A stretch of DNA of 64,000 bases from Octopus vulgaris (GCA_951406725.2 OX597815.1:41602001-41666000), one strand, 5' to 3'; counted from the first letter of the stretch, positions 26,701-40,956 are shown. Made by a program: numbers and translations. The notes: generated from the sequence alone by a model not told the origin.

Positions 26701-27094
26701 TTACCTATCCTTCTTTTCATCTCTGTCCCTCTCTTTCTCATTTTCTCTTTCCTTATGTGTCTCTTTTTCTCTTCCTTTTCTTCAGCTGCTTTCTATGTAT
26801 TTCTCTTTTTCTCTATCTCTGACTTTTTTCTTTACCTCTCTCTCTCTCTCTCTCTCTCTATTTTTCTATTTACTTCTGCTTCTCCTTCATTTCACTTTCT
26901 CTATATCTCTCCCTTTCTCTCCCCCTTTTTTATGTGCTGGGTTCACTACATAAACTACTACGGCTTACTTGCATAGATTAGCAATGGGCCTCTAGACTGG
27001 TGGAGGCCCCACTCCAGATACTGCTCAGTGTGTCCAAGACTTAAGACAGCACTACCTTCACTACTTCTTTCTTTCACCCCATCTCTCATCATCA

Positions 27095-27157
<63 letters not shown>

Positions 27158-27205
27158 ACTGTCTCTTTTTGCATTTCTTTTTAGTTATTACAGAAGGGTC
27201 TATAA

Positions 27206-27352
27206 CAGGCATGGACAATCTTTTTTTTCAAGAAGCTTGCTGCATGAAATATTCTTCATCAGATAGGGTGCACTTCTAAAAAAAATTCAAGACAATATTT
27301 TGTTAGGCATGCCATTCAGAATGTCCCACAAGCCACAGGTTGCTTATGACTG
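27206..27352. mobile_element. hAT MITE (CAGGCATGG.CAA termini)
   Basis: CAGGCATGGACAA...GTTGCTTATGACTG; TSD GTCTATAA/ATCTAGAA; sibling at 56962-57119. Confidence 0.75.
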
Positions 27353-27868
27353 ATCTAGAAACATGTTTGCTTGAACTCTATAAGATTATGAATGTCATAT
27401 TTGGTTTCTAATCTCACCAAAGTAAATTCTGATTTTGATCTCTTTGGTTTTGAATGAAGTAAATACCATTAAAATACTTGAGGTCAGCTAAATTGACTTC
27501 AAATTTTGGAACAAGGCCAGCAATTTTGGTAGAGTGGGTGAGTCAATTACATTGATGCCAGTACTTGACTGGTACTTATTTTATTGACCCTAAAAGTATG
27601 ACAGGCAAAATTGACTTCGGCGGAATTTGAACTCAGAGCATTAAGATGGACAAATTTTGCTAAGCATTTTGCCTGGTGTGCTAATGATTCTGCCAGCTTA
27701 CCACCTGACTTAAGGTCAGTTATATTGACTACCATAGCATGATCACAGTCTAATGACTGAAACAAGTAAAAGATGGAAAGATAACTCCTCCACTTAAACA
27801 GGTGTCCCTCTACTTAGTTATTAGAAAGTAAAATATTGCTTTGTATTGAACCTCTTTGGAATTATATA

Positions 27869-27988
27869 CCTTAGGGCCATGTCATTTTGGAAGCAATAAT
27901 TCTCATCCAATCATTGAAGTTAAGCAATGTCAAGCCTAGTTAATACTTAGATGGGTGAACACTTGAGAAACCTAGGTATTGTAAGCAT
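27869..27988 (+). pseudogene. 5S rRNA pseudogene (full length, CpG-decayed)
   Basis: 120 nt colinear with metazoan 5S rRNA: ...GGCCAT...TTCTCATCCAATCATTGAAGTTAAGCAATGTCAAGCCTAGTTAATACTTAGATGGGTGA...GGTATTGTAAGCAT. Confidence 0.88.
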
Positions 27989-28003
27989 CTCACTGATGCT
28001 ATA

Positions 28004-28340
28004 TAGGCATGGCTATATAGGTAAAATGCTTCCCAGCCATGTGGTTTTGAGTTAGCAACTATTGTATAACACATTGAGCTAGTGTCTTCTACTATAGCCC
28101 CAGGCCAACCAAAGCATCATGACTGGATTTAGTAGATGGAAACTGAAAAAAACCCTTTATGTGTGTCTGTGTGTGGTGTTTGTTCCCCACTACCACTTGA
28201 CATCTTGTGTTGGTTCCCATAAATTAGCAATTTGACAAGAGACCAATACAATACAATATGTACCAGACATAAAAAAATAAGTTTAATTTGTTCCGTTCAA
28301 GGCAATGCTTTGTTCAGAAATTGAGACAAGTATAAGATTA
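28004..28340 (+). mobile_element. SINE family A, old
   Basis: AGTGTCTTCTACTATAGCCCCAGGCCAACCAAAGC core. Confidence 0.75.
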
Positions 28341-29107
28341 AAAAAAAAAAATTATAATCTTAAATTGTTTTCTGTAAACTTCATCAAGTGAAATGAAACA
28401 ATCTCGTAGTTTACTCTCAGAAGCAAGTAATTAACTATTCTAAGAAATGGTATCATGGTGAAATCCTCCCTTGAGAGAAGCGTTGATACAGTTTGATTTA
28501 ATTGATATTTAGAAACTTCTTATTCAGAGCTGGCCTGGAGCAAAACATCTACAACTCCAAAATTACATACATCTCCCTACAAACTTCTGATCAAAGGTGT
28601 TTCAACTAAGGATATTCTGTCATATTTTTATCCAATGTGTTTTCCTGATTTTTTAAATGATAAAGTATATTTTAAGGAGAGTTTAACTACTGTTTCTAGC
28701 ATATTGAGTGACCACATAAAAGTACTGTTCTAACTGGATTTCGCTCATAAATCATTATTTGCAGTTTGTTCTAGTTGGCAGATTGACAAACACCTGGAAT
28801 TACTTACTTTTGATTTCTTTCACCAAACTGAAATTGAATTCATTTATGGTTTTCTGGAAATGGAAGTTTTAAAGAGTTTTTGTTCCTTTTATTTTTCTTA
28901 CTGGTATATTATCATCAACATCATCATCATTTATTTATGTCCATTTTTCTCCTCTGGCATCAATAGGAAACAACACTTGAAGTAATCTAATTATAACATT
29001 TATCCATCAAGATATCTATCATATCTAAGTTGACTTCATCCCTACACCACATATAAACAGACTGACCTCATGTTACTAAGGTTATTTTCTTTTATTAATC
29101 TGGAGTA

Positions 29108-29395
29108 ATATGTGTGTGTGTATACATATATATATATATATATGTATGTATGTATATATGTATATATGTATGTATATGTATATATATGTATATGTATTTA
29201 TATGTATTTATATGTATATGTATTTATATGTATTTATATGTATATATCTATAGTTATATATGTGTGTATATATGTGTGTGTGTGTGTATATATGTATATG
29301 TATATATATGTGTGTGTGTGTGTATATATGTATGTATATAAGTATGTATATATATATATGTATATATATATATATAATATATGTATATGTATGTA
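29108..29395. repeat. (TA)/(TG) low-complexity microsatellite
   Basis: Directly visible. Confidence 0.9.
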
Positions 29396-30295
29396 TTAGT
29401 GGCTTGGCAAAAGAGACCAATAAAGTAAGTACGAGGCTTACAAGGAATAAGTCCTGGGGTCGATTTCCCCGACTAAAGGTGGTGCTCCAGCATGGCCACA
29501 GTCAAATGACTGAAACAAGTGAAAGAGTAATAGATAAAGATATATATAACTGATAACCATCAGCACTATTTTGTTATTATTCTATAATGGAATATTCTTT
29601 GTGGCGTCACTTTTCATGTGTTCTTAGAGTAGATTTTCTTTTTCTAAGTCATTATTGTGTTAACCAATAACACTTGTCTTCAGCTAGAATTTTCATTTAC
29701 TTTCAGCTTAGATAAAGAAAATTTATCAGTTCTAACACAGCATAACATAAACTATAGTTGAATTTAAATAAATCGCATTTATGCTTGAATAAAAAGAAAC
29801 AAAAATGCAAGTTTTTCCAAATCAAAGAGTGACTCATATGCTTTTTATAAACCATTAACCTTATCCACTCTAAATAATCATTGTCCTTGAATAGCTTATT
29901 TAAGTTTACATGGGGTAGATAGCCAATGCACAAATGTCAACATCTCCCAGTATTTGATTATACTGTTCAATCAGACTTGCATATATAAGAGAAACTATGC
30001 TCTTTTCTTCATGTAATCTATGTCCACTTTACATATTGTTAATCCATAAATGCACTCTAGCTTTGTCCATATAATTCCTCCTCTTGGACGCAGACAGACA
30101 AATACCTTATGTTTGGCATTGATTTTTGGTTGAATATAATATGCAAATGTTTGGTTATTTTGTCTTTGGAATTGACAGTTTGAATGTGAGTGCTATCAAT
30201 AAATAATCTTGAAATCACGGAGTTCTTACCTAAATACCTTTCTGAAGACTTTTAATAGTTGTTTGATATGCTACTTAGGTATTTATCTATTTTAT

Positions 30296-30700
30296 TATTT
30301 ACCTGTTTCACTTAGGGACTGCAGCCATGCTAGGGCCCCACCTTGAAGGATTTAGTTGAACAAATCACCCCTAGTATTTTTATTTTATTTTTTAAAATCA
30401 AATACTTTTTCTATTGGTCTCATTTTACCAATTGCTAAGTTACAAGAACATAGACAAATCAACACCAGTTGTCAAGTGGAAGTGGGATGACAGACACAAA
30501 GACAAATGTGCATAGATATGTACATATTCAACAGTCTTCTTTCAGTTTCTATCTACCATATCCATTCACAATTTCACAAAGCCTTGGTTGGCCCTGGACT
30601 ATAACAGAAGACACTTGACCAAGGTGCCATGCAGTGGAACTGAACCTGAAACCCATGTGGTTGGGAAGTAAACTTCTTACCATGCAGCCACACCTGTGCC
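30296..30700 (-). mobile_element. SINE family A, old subfamily
   Basis: Head and tail motifs on the reverse strand. Confidence 0.8.
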
Positions 30701-32211
30701 TTTTTAGAAGCTATTTTGTTTTTTTTTTCTTTTATAAAATATAAATACTCAGTCTTTACAGTTGTTGCTTACCTCCCCCTCTCCTCACCCATGACCCTAT
30801 CTCTTCTTCCCCTATTCCTTGCATAAATCCCCACACACTCTGGTTCCTAATTCCTCTGTTCTCCTCACTTCTCCTCATTTCATACCTGAGAGGGTCCTCC
30901 TAGATACCTCATCATTACTAGTTATCTCTTAGTAACCCCTACTTATCATCCTCACCCTCTCTTCTAATCATGAGTAGCCATGTAGCTCCTCTGCACCAAG
31001 AACCCACTCTACCCCACCTCTCATAATTTAGTCCCTCATCTCCTAGCATAAAGCCAATCTCCCACCTTGTAGTTGGAAGTTTTACAAGCTGCCTGGTGAC
31101 CACACTAGTGTTGGTGGCACCCAGTACATGCTGTAAAGTGACTAGCATTAGGAAGAACATCCAGCCGTAGAAATCACAGTAAAGCAGACACTGGAGCCCA
31201 ATACAGTCCTTAAGCCCATTAGTTTTTGTCAAAACATCCAATCCCTACCAACACAGAACATGGGCTTTAAATGATGATGATGATATTTATATTTCATAAA
31301 AATACCAAGAATATACTGAAAAATATTATTGTGAGGTTTCTTGCTAAAAGAAATAGGAAGAAAACTATATGCTTTAATTGTAGGTTTATCCATATTTGAG
31401 GTATTGATTAGGTTTTGAACCTTGCCAGGGTTAATATAAAGAGTTCAAATTTCTTCAAACTTTCATCTGGAGTCATGAAGGTGACTTTCCTCTTATGGTG
31501 TTACATTAAAAAGAAGTATCTAGAAACTATCTGTTACATGACAACGAAGCCATGGTTGAACTATTGTTCATTTGAACTGAAGAAGGAAGGTCTGTCATTG
31601 CTTGCTACTGTTAGAAAAGTAGCCAAACCCTCCTTAAATCACACCCTAACTAAGGAAGTATAAATTAGATAATGTGGTCCTGTTTATATAAAAAAAGAGA
31701 TGTTTACAGTTAGGGTGTCTTTGATTATGGGTGCAGACAGGATTATGTGCTTAAATTCTCTTTACAACTTTGTAATTCTGGTCAATCCCACAGCATTTTG
31801 GAACAAGTATTTTCTACCCGAGATTATTCATACATTTTGAGTGGGATTTGTTAAGTAAAAACTACGTCAAAACTGTCAGTTGATAGGATGATTTGCTCTC
31901 CTTGAATTCTGATTTCAGATCTGGCCAAAGTCAAGTTTTGCCTTTCTTCCTTTCAGAGTTGAAAAAAAATCTTTCACAAATAATACCACATCATCTTATT
32001 TAAAAAAAAAAAAAAAAGAGAGAGAGAGAGTGAGAGAAAAGGCAAAATAAACATATGCATGGCTGTGGTTAAGGAGTTTGCTTTGCAACCATATGGCCTT
32101 TGGTTTAGTCCCACTGCATGGCATCTTAAGTATCTTCTATAGCTTCAGGTTGGTGATCAATCAATACCTTGCAAGTAAAATTAGTAGATTGAAATTGTGC
32201 AGAAACCTATT

Positions 32212-32243
<32 letters not shown>

Positions 32244-33137
32244 ACTGGCTGGCTGGCTGGCTCTATGTCTGTCTTTACATCAGTTGAAAAAAAATGGAGT
32301 CTTTGTTTATCTCCTATAACTTAACAGCAGGACTGGCCCTAGTGTTATTGGTGATCCAGTAAACCTGAATTTAGGCACCCTTACACATATATTTTTAAAG
32401 ATGACTCACATGGAGTATAACCTGTAAGTGTAGGAGTAACATGTTTAGAAATGAAGTGTTCACTTCATGTTATTTTCATATTTCATTTTTATTTTGGAAA
32501 ACCCAAGGACAAGGTATTGTCCCTCCCCAACCATCTCAGTATTCAGCATCCCAAATAGTACAACTTAGTTCAGTGACAAATGGAAGTTGCTAAGTTATAG
32601 GGACAATATAATCGACTTAAACATTACAAGATAGTATCCCATCATGGCCATGATCCAATGACAGAAAAAGTAGGGTTTTTTTCTTGTTTTTTTTTTGTTG
32701 GGATATTTTTTCAAGAAATGAATTTTTATTTAACACATTTATACAGGAAGAAAAAAAAAAGGAAAAAAATTAAAAGTATGAAAGATTAAATTATCAAGAA
32801 AAAAAAAAGACCCAGAAATAAAGTAAAAAGAAAAAAAAGTGGGTTGGAATTAAGCAGCAAAAGATGGAGTGGGTGAGTAACTGGTTGTACACCCTGGTCC
32901 AAATGGTATGTTCAGCAGACATAATTGCAAATGTGTTCTAGCAGGGCTCATTTCTCAGCTGGGCCAATATTATCCAGTTTTTGCAGAGGAAATGATCAGT
33001 ACAGTCTGGAGTATACAATGCCTGAAAAGAAAAGAAAATAGATAGGATTGTCACTGCTGGATTGTCTTTGATTATTTAGGTCTTCTTGATCAAGGTTGAT
33101 CTGAAACTAAAAAACACCATCTAAAGACCACCTGCAG

Positions 33138-33699
33138 CAGTGATTCTCAACCAGGATCCATATGGCCCTTAGAAGTCCGTATAAGATTTTGCTAAAATTT
33201 ATGTGCAATAAATAGCTTACACTTTCTACAATACACAAAATATACTCTTACTCTTTTACTTGTTTCAGTCATTTAACTGCGGCCATGCTGGAGTACCACC
33301 TTTAGTCGAGCAAATCGACCCTAAGACTTATTCTTTGTAAGCCTGGTACTTATTCTATTGGTCTCTTTTACTGAACCTTGAAGTTACGGGGACATAAACA
33401 CACCAGCATCAGTTGTCAAGCGATGTTGGGAGGACAAACACAGACACACAAACACATACACACACATATATACATACATACAACAGGCTTCTTTCAGTTT
33501 CTGTCTACCAAATCCACTCACAAGGCTTTGGTCGGCCCGAGGCTATAGTAGAAGACATTTGCCCAACACAATTCCTAATAATATTTAATTATAAACCTAC
33601 AGCAGGATGGGGTTTTTTTTTTATATACATGGAATAGTCCAAGTAAAGTAAAATAGTAATCACAGGAGTCCATAGGCAAAAATTGGTTGAGAACCACTG
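33138..33699. mobile_element. hAT MITE with nested family A SINE (33244-33566, minus strand)
   Basis: TIRs CAGTGATTCTCAACC / GGTTGAGAACCACTG; body homologous to 56590-56817. Confidence 0.85.
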
Positions 33700-36600
33700 A
33701 ATCTACAGCTCTCTGAATGACTGGGATGTTCTTTGTCTTTTTGTTAATATTGTTGTTATCTATTTCCTTTCATGAACTTTTCATAAGTCTTTCATTTTCT
33801 ATTTTACCATTTTTCTCACCAAATTCTCATTCCCCCCACCTCCTACACTTGGTTATAAGATCCAATTTCATTCTCAAACAATGCAGTGTGAGGGAGTGCT
33901 TGTCCCTGTCACCTTTGTCTGTAAACTCACACCAACACCATACTCACCTCCTCCTCTTCTTCAGGGCATTGGAGAAGGGAGTGGATAGATTCAAGGTGGT
34001 TCCAACCAATATAAGAATAAGGATTTATTCAACTTCATATTTGTTTATTCTTGTTTATTTTATTGTGTACAGATATGGCATTAGTGTTTGAATGTGAAAT
34101 GTGTATCTCTCTTATATATAGGAACTTTGGATGTATATTCCGGAATATGTCAATCTCTGTGTGTGTGTTGTGAATTAGATATAAAACCATATGTGTTTGA
34201 ACAGAAAAATTGTATGTAATGTTTCATAGATTTAATCAGTACATCAGAATGTCTGAGATGTTATCAGTGTGTGTGTGTGTGAGAGAGAGTCTCCAAAATT
34301 TCATTACCCTATCTGTAGGTGTGTATGAGGAGGGGATGTGCTTTCCACAAATATATTTATTATCTCTTGTATCTTCTTCTGTAAAAGATAATTATAATGA
34401 AGACTTGTTGTTAGCTTTACTATCCTACAATGCTAAATTGATTGTCAACAAGTCTCTTGAGAGACAAATCTAAGGAAATCACATCTTTCCACGCCTTCAT
34501 CATTCTTACATTTAGTTTTTTTTTAGGTTTTGTGAGGGGTTGGGCATGACATGACAGGGACTAAGGGGTGGTTTTACAGTTCTTTTCTCTTCATCCTTGT
34601 GCCAAGAAAGTGACATTTATAGTGATGCTTTAGCCTCCATTATGTGAACTTAAGGTCTATTTTATCTACTGTTCCACACAACTTCAGTTAATATTTCATT
34701 TAAAGAAAAAGAATATAACTGCATTAGCTTAGTCTAGTTCCTCTTGCTACCCATGGAGTATGGGACAATTTGTTTTTGTTGTAATCTGAGCACTGAAAGC
34801 AAGGTTAGTAACCTCATGCTCCATTCCTCTTATCTCAAAACAGGCTTGAGACCAACTATGCCAGACACTAACCTGGAATTTTGAAGTCAAAGAAGAAACT
34901 ATAAAACTGGCTGAAACTATAAAACTGGCTAGAGGCTCATTCCTAGTACTGTCAGCCAGAGATATGTGTAAAGCAAGATTGTCACATTCTTAAGTAATGA
35001 CTGAAGTTAATGATTCAAGCTGAACTTATGAAATGAATATTTTATTTCTTTCATTTGCTATTTAGCTTCAAGTTTGTCTTAATCCAGGCAAAGGTACTTG
35101 ACCTAGAGGTTAGGGTGTAAAATTATGGTTTTGTTCCTGGACCTTGTGGTGCATTGTGTTCTTCAGCAATGCTCCAGTCCACTCAAGTGTAAATGAGTTC
35201 CAACAGTAGCTGGGAAGTTAACCCTGCAATAGGCCAACATCCTGTTCAGGAGGGAATGTTGCAATCCCGATTACTTACATAGGATCTAGTTTTTCTCATT
35301 AGCAAAATATGCATTTTTTAAAAGACAGTAAAAAATCTGAAAATCGGCTATAATAATGTAGCCTTCCCATCTCATTGCTTTGAAAGTATGATGTTGTGGA
35401 GAAAAAAGTTACAGAGTTATAAAAATTTTTTTTTAAAAACTGTATATTTTTAGTCAATAGCAAGACAGAAATTTTCTGCATTTAGCTGAGTGGTGTCAAC
35501 TTGAAGGTTGTGCCCTGTGAAATTTAGCGTCTAACCTGTTCACTCTAGGTTTCTAAATAAACAGAAATACCTAATAAAATCAACATGTATCATCTTACTG
35601 TTTCTTTTGTCTCTTCATTGACTGTATGGTTTTATTATTTTTTTAACTTGTTATATTAATATATTTGTCTGCATGTGTTTACTTTATGCATACTTTGGTA
35701 TTATGTATACCTGTCATGTATTTGTGTACATCATTAATATATAAGTGCATGTGGATGTATGTATTCATATATAAGTTTATATGTACATTTATGCATTCAT
35801 GTGTGTGTGAATGAATGAAGGGAGCATTTGTCTCCAAAACTCCAAAGTGAGTAATGTTTTCATGCTTGGATTTGTAAACTACGATAAGAATAACACTGGT
35901 CATCAAAGAATTTGTCCCAAGGAAAAGAATACCTGTATCTTATACATTTTTGAATGCAGAATTCAAAAATAATGTCAGATTATCTGTATCACCCACAGTT
36001 TCTCTGTTCCTTGATATCCCTCTCAGTTCCTGTTACGTGGGCTAAATTTCAGTTAAACTGTTGAAATGTGAAGCTAATGGTTTAAGAAATACTCCTAATT
36101 TAAATTTTTATGAACAGAATTAACCTAGTGAAATCACAAATCCAACCATCTGAGACAATGAATCCCAAAACTATATGAAATTTTTAAAATATGTAAAAAT
36201 ACTAGCACACAGACAGAAAGCACAGAAAAATACTAACACACAGAAGTACAGAAAAATATGTAATATACTAACACACAGAAAAATTAAAACAAAACATGCA
36301 GTTGAAAAGAATCTCGTGGTGTGAAAAATTAAGTGTGAAAAATCAACATAGACAACAGCGGCACAGACAACAGTGAACCACAACACAGCATGCGGTTGTC
36401 ATGGTAATAAGCTGCTAATGTTACACTGTCTGTTGATTGGTTAAAATTACCCAAATTTCCCAACGTTAATGCCAAATAACATCAGATTCTTTTATTTACA
36501 GGATAAAATAATTGGTTGATCGTAATCAAAATTCAAAGTTGCATCGATACACCAAAATTGAAAGCAATCGGAGCAAAATTAAGTGGGGCTCATTTTGTGA

Positions 36601-37920
36601 ATGAGAAAGACTTGGGAATCAGGTTAAACTCTGGCCTTATGAGTCTTTGGGTTTAGGACAGACTTAGTCCTAATCCAGCTGACTTAGTCAGAGCTGGAGT
36701 GTCCTATCATATCTTGTCTTGATTATACATTGTGTATCAAAGACTACATTATCTAATGTGTTCTTTGCCTTTCAAGACATTAGGGTATGATTTGGGAGAA
36801 ATCTGGTATAAAAGCTTTCTTATTTGCTTGATTTCTTTCACTTAAAAATTTACAGAATCACTAGAATCATCAAACAAAATACTTTCCTGTATTTAGTGAG
36901 CTCCCTTTACTTTCTGAATTTGAACTTCATGAAGGTGGACTTTGCCTTTTATCATTCTGGTGAAAGGAGGAGGGGGGGGTCATAACTATAAATACAAGTC
37001 ATATACTGTATTGAATATTATCTGATTGTTCCCTCTCCCAACATGTATGATATTGTGTTTATATTAAAAATTATCATAATCATTTAACATCCGTTTTTCA
37101 TGTTGACATGAGCTGGACAGTTAGACATGGAGCCTGCAAGTCAGAAGGACTGTACCAAGCTCTACTGTCTACTTTGGCATGGTTTCTGTAGCTGAATGCT
37201 CTTCCTAACATCCACCTCTTAGTGCTTAACTTGGGAGGGAAGGGCCACCCAGACTGGTGAAAAAAAAAAGTTATCCTCAAACCAGAAACCTGCCCTGAAT
37301 GCTTGCAACAGTGAATTTGCTAAATGTGGCCAAATAATCAGCTGATAGTTAAATTGGGCTACAAATTAACAACCCTTAATTTGCTCTAACAACTCTTAAT
37401 TTGTTGTGTGTTGGCAAAGAGTATAGTTGATAAAATAAACCTCATTACTTGAGAGTGATGGAGAATATCTACAGTGGTGGAATTTGAACTCAAATCACTG
37501 GAGGATGTGACTAAATACTGAAGGATGGGGACTGAGTAATTCAGTGCAGTACATTAGTGTTTCTAGTAACTGAATACTAATTCCTTCTATTATAAGCACA
37601 AGGCTAGCCAATTACATCAGCTTCAGTGCTGGACTGGTACTTATTTTGTCAACCCCGAAAAAATGCAAGGCTAAGTTGACCTCAGAGGAATTTCAACTTG
37701 GAACAGAAATCTGAAAGAAACACTGATAAGTATTTTGTCCAGCATGCTAACAATTTTGCTGGCCCACCACCTTTCCTAACTGAATTCCTTCTGTTATAAG
37801 CTCTGGGCTAGTACTTATTTTATCAACCCTGAAAAGATGCTGTGTAAAATTGAACTCAGTGGAATTTGATCTCAGAATAGAAATCCGAAAAAAACACTAA
37901 TAAACATTTTGTCCAGCATT

Positions 37921-38292
37921 CTTTTATTCTTTTACTTGTTGCAGTCATTTGACTGTGGCCATGCCGGAGCACCGCCTTTAGTCGAACAAATCAACCCCAG
38001 GACTTATTCTTTTAAGCCGAGTACTTATTCTATCAGTCACTTTTGCTGAACCTTGAAGGGGATGTAAACACACCAACACCAGTTGTCATCAATGGTGGGG
38101 GACAAACACACACATGCGCACACATATATACAGCAGGCTTCTTTCAGTTTCCGTCTACCAAGTCCACTCACAAGGTGTTGGTCAGTCCGAGGCTATAGTA
38201 GAAGACACTTGCCCAAGGTGCCACATAGTGGGACTGAACCCGGAACCATGTGGTTGGGAAGCAAGCTACTTACCACACAGCCATGCCTGCAC
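37921..38292 (-). mobile_element. SINE family A
   Basis: Near-full copy on the reverse strand. Confidence 0.9.
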
Positions 38293-38481
38293 CTGTTAAC
38301 GATTCTACCAGTTCTCCACTTTTTCTAACAGAATAACAATTTTTTTCACATTGACGCCGACCTGCAAATTGTAAAAGTTGATTATGTCAATTATTTTATC
38401 AACCTTTCCCTCTCAAAGGATGATAAGCAAAGTTAACAATAAGAAGTTTGAATTCAAGACCTATAGGGTTGTAATTAAATA

Positions 38482-38755
38482 TCAGGTCATCCCATAAGTT
38501 CTGTACAAATTTTGAATAAAGAAAACAAGTGATCAAATGTCATATTTTATTGAAATTTAATCATCAATGTACTTTCCCTGATTATTTATGACTTGCTTCC
38601 ATCTATTTATAAGCTTTTTAATCCCCTCAATGTAAAACTCTTTTGGTTTCAAAACAAAGAATTCTGAAATGTCTGTTTCGACCTCCTCCTGGCTTGCGAA
38701 AGTTATGTCCCCTAAATGATTCTGTAATCTGGACAGAACTTATGGGATGACCTGA
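38482..38755 (-). mobile_element. Internally deleted mariner element retaining the transposase C-terminus
   Basis: 23-bp perfect TIR TCAGGTCATCCCATAAGTTCTGT with TA on both sides; minus frame reads RLQNHLGDITFASQEEVETDISEFFVLKPKEFYIEGIKKLINRWKQVINNQGKYIDD*. Confidence 0.92.
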
Positions 38756-38869
38756 TACAATTCTTATGTTTACTCTCCTTAGTTTAGTTAACATTTACAT
38801 CACTCTTAACGACAACTACCTTGAAGTAATAAACTCCTCTCTCCACCTGCCTTAGTTTAACTACCATAT

Positions 38870-39311
38870 CTTTTATCTTTAATTTTGTTTTGGGCTTTGG
38901 AGTGCAGTCATGCTAGAGCACCACCTTCAAAAGTTTAGTCAACAACATCACCCCCTGTACTTATTTCTTTAGTGATTTTTTTTGAGTCTGGTACTAAATT
39001 TATTAATCTCTTTCACCAAAACAACAAAGTTATAGTGAGGTAAACAAACCAAAACTGGTTATCAAGCATTGGGGAGTGGGGGAGGCACATACATATATGT
39101 ATGTGTCATTGTGTATGTGTGTGTGTATACATATATATATATATATATATCTGATGGGCTTCCACACCGTTTCCATCTACCAAATTCCCAAACAAAGCAT
39201 TGGCCAACCTGGGACTATAGTAGAAGGCACTTGCTCAAGGTGCCACACAATGGGACTGAACCTAAAATCATGTGGTTGCAAAGTGAGCTTCTTAATCACA
39301 CAGCCATGCCT
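38870..39311 (-). mobile_element. SINE family A, old
   Basis: Head and tail motifs on the reverse strand. Confidence 0.8.
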
Positions 39312-39828
39312 ATAAAAAGAAAATGTGAAAGAGAGAGAGAGAGAGGGGCTGAGTATGTGATGTTCATATGCAGACATAATTGTTTGATCTGTTCAAAGTA
39401 GCAGTCAAATCTCTCTCAAACCTCATTCTACCATATTAAATAAAGGTTATATTGAATAATATAGCTCTGGAATGCTTATAATCGTAGATTTGTTTGAATG
39501 CTGTTTGATTTGGGGGCTACACAACAAGCAAATTTACTTCAAGCTAACAAGGGGAAAAGTATTTAATTGCTAGAAATAGTAGTCAAATCACTCTCCAATC
39601 ACATCTTATTGTCTTAAATTAAGAAAGATCACATTGGAAATGTAATCACCTTAATGCAATAATGTACAAACACACACCTCTTGTGTGAGTTTGTAAAGAA
39701 GTGGAACCAACAGGAAATGCCTTTGTATGGTCAACCGACCAGCTAGAAATAGCACCCACTGGCTATCTTAAATTAGGAAAGGAAATATTGTCTCTCTTTC
39801 TCTCTCTTCACACACATATTACATATAT

Positions 39829-39874
<46 letters not shown>

Positions 39875-40283
39875 ATCACATATATTGGTTTCAAATTTTG
39901 GCACAAGGCCAGCAATTTCGGTGGAGGGGGCAAGTTGATTACATTGACCCTAATGCTCAACTGGAATTTATTTTATAAACCGTGAAAGGATGATAGGCAA
40001 AGTCAACCTCAGCATTATTTGAACTCAGAGCATAAAAGTTGGAAGAAATGCTGCTAAGCATTTTGTCTAACGTGGTGGCTCACGGCCTTACATATACACA
40101 TATATTATAGATAGATAGATAAATCCCTTCTAAACAATTTCCTCAAGTAACTAATACATACATTCACAAAAAGAAACATTGTAATTCAACCTATTATAAA
40201 TAACACCTGAATATCTTTCAAATCGCTTTATGCTGTCTTACATTAGGAAGGAATGCATTGCAATGTTGTTCACTGACTTTCTC

Positions 40284-40316
<33 letters not shown>

Positions 40317-40677
40317 TATAATCCAGCTGTAGAAACTCTGCCAGGTCAGATTGGAGCCTGGCACAGCCATCTGGTTTGCCAGACCTCAGTCAAATCGTCC
40401 AACCTATGCTACATGGAAAGCGGGCATTAAATGATGATGATGATAATATTGTATGTGTGTGTAATTATGTATATAAATGTTTGTGTATATGTATCTATAT
40501 GTATATAAATATTTGTGTGTATGTGTGTATATATATATCTCCATAAACAATAACTCTCACCTCAAGTGGGCCATGTTGTCTGATTCCTAATTTGAATGAC
40601 CAGGTGGTGCTATTAAGTTAGACATGGCCTGGGCCAATACTGGCTGAAACCTATCAAAGTATATATATATATACACA

Positions 40678-40866
40678 TAATTAATCCTCCCAAAAATGAG
40701 GAAAAACACAAGAAAAAAACAACAGGATATGGTATATGCAAAGTATTAGCAGACACTCAGGGAAGTAAAGAAAAGTAGTTTTACGTTTCAAGCAAAGCTC
40801 TTCATCAGAAACAAGAGACAGAGGGAAGTCCAAGAGAAAAGGAAGGCAGAGAAAAAAGATCGCCAA

Positions 40867-40870
<4 letters not shown>
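40678..40870 (-). mobile_element. Short HHR-bearing element between (TA)n tracts
   Basis: Contains the HHR at 40778-40812; related to 46631-46807. Confidence 0.7.
40778..40812 (-). ncRNA. Minimal type I hammerhead ribozyme motif
   Basis: Minus strand GTTT-CTGATGA-a-GAGC(ttt)GCTT-GAAAC-GTA-AAAC: intact core, stem I GTTT/AAAC, GUA triplet. Confidence 0.8.
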
Positions 40871-40914
<44 letters not shown>

Positions 40915-40956
40915 TGCTCCAACATCACTGCAGCTGCATGGCTGAAACCAATAAAA

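Noticed and set aside
32890-33021. Minus-strand acceptor TTTTCTTTTCTTTTCAG as exon start
   Set aside because: All three frames stop quickly and the tract lies at the edge of a degenerate repeat.
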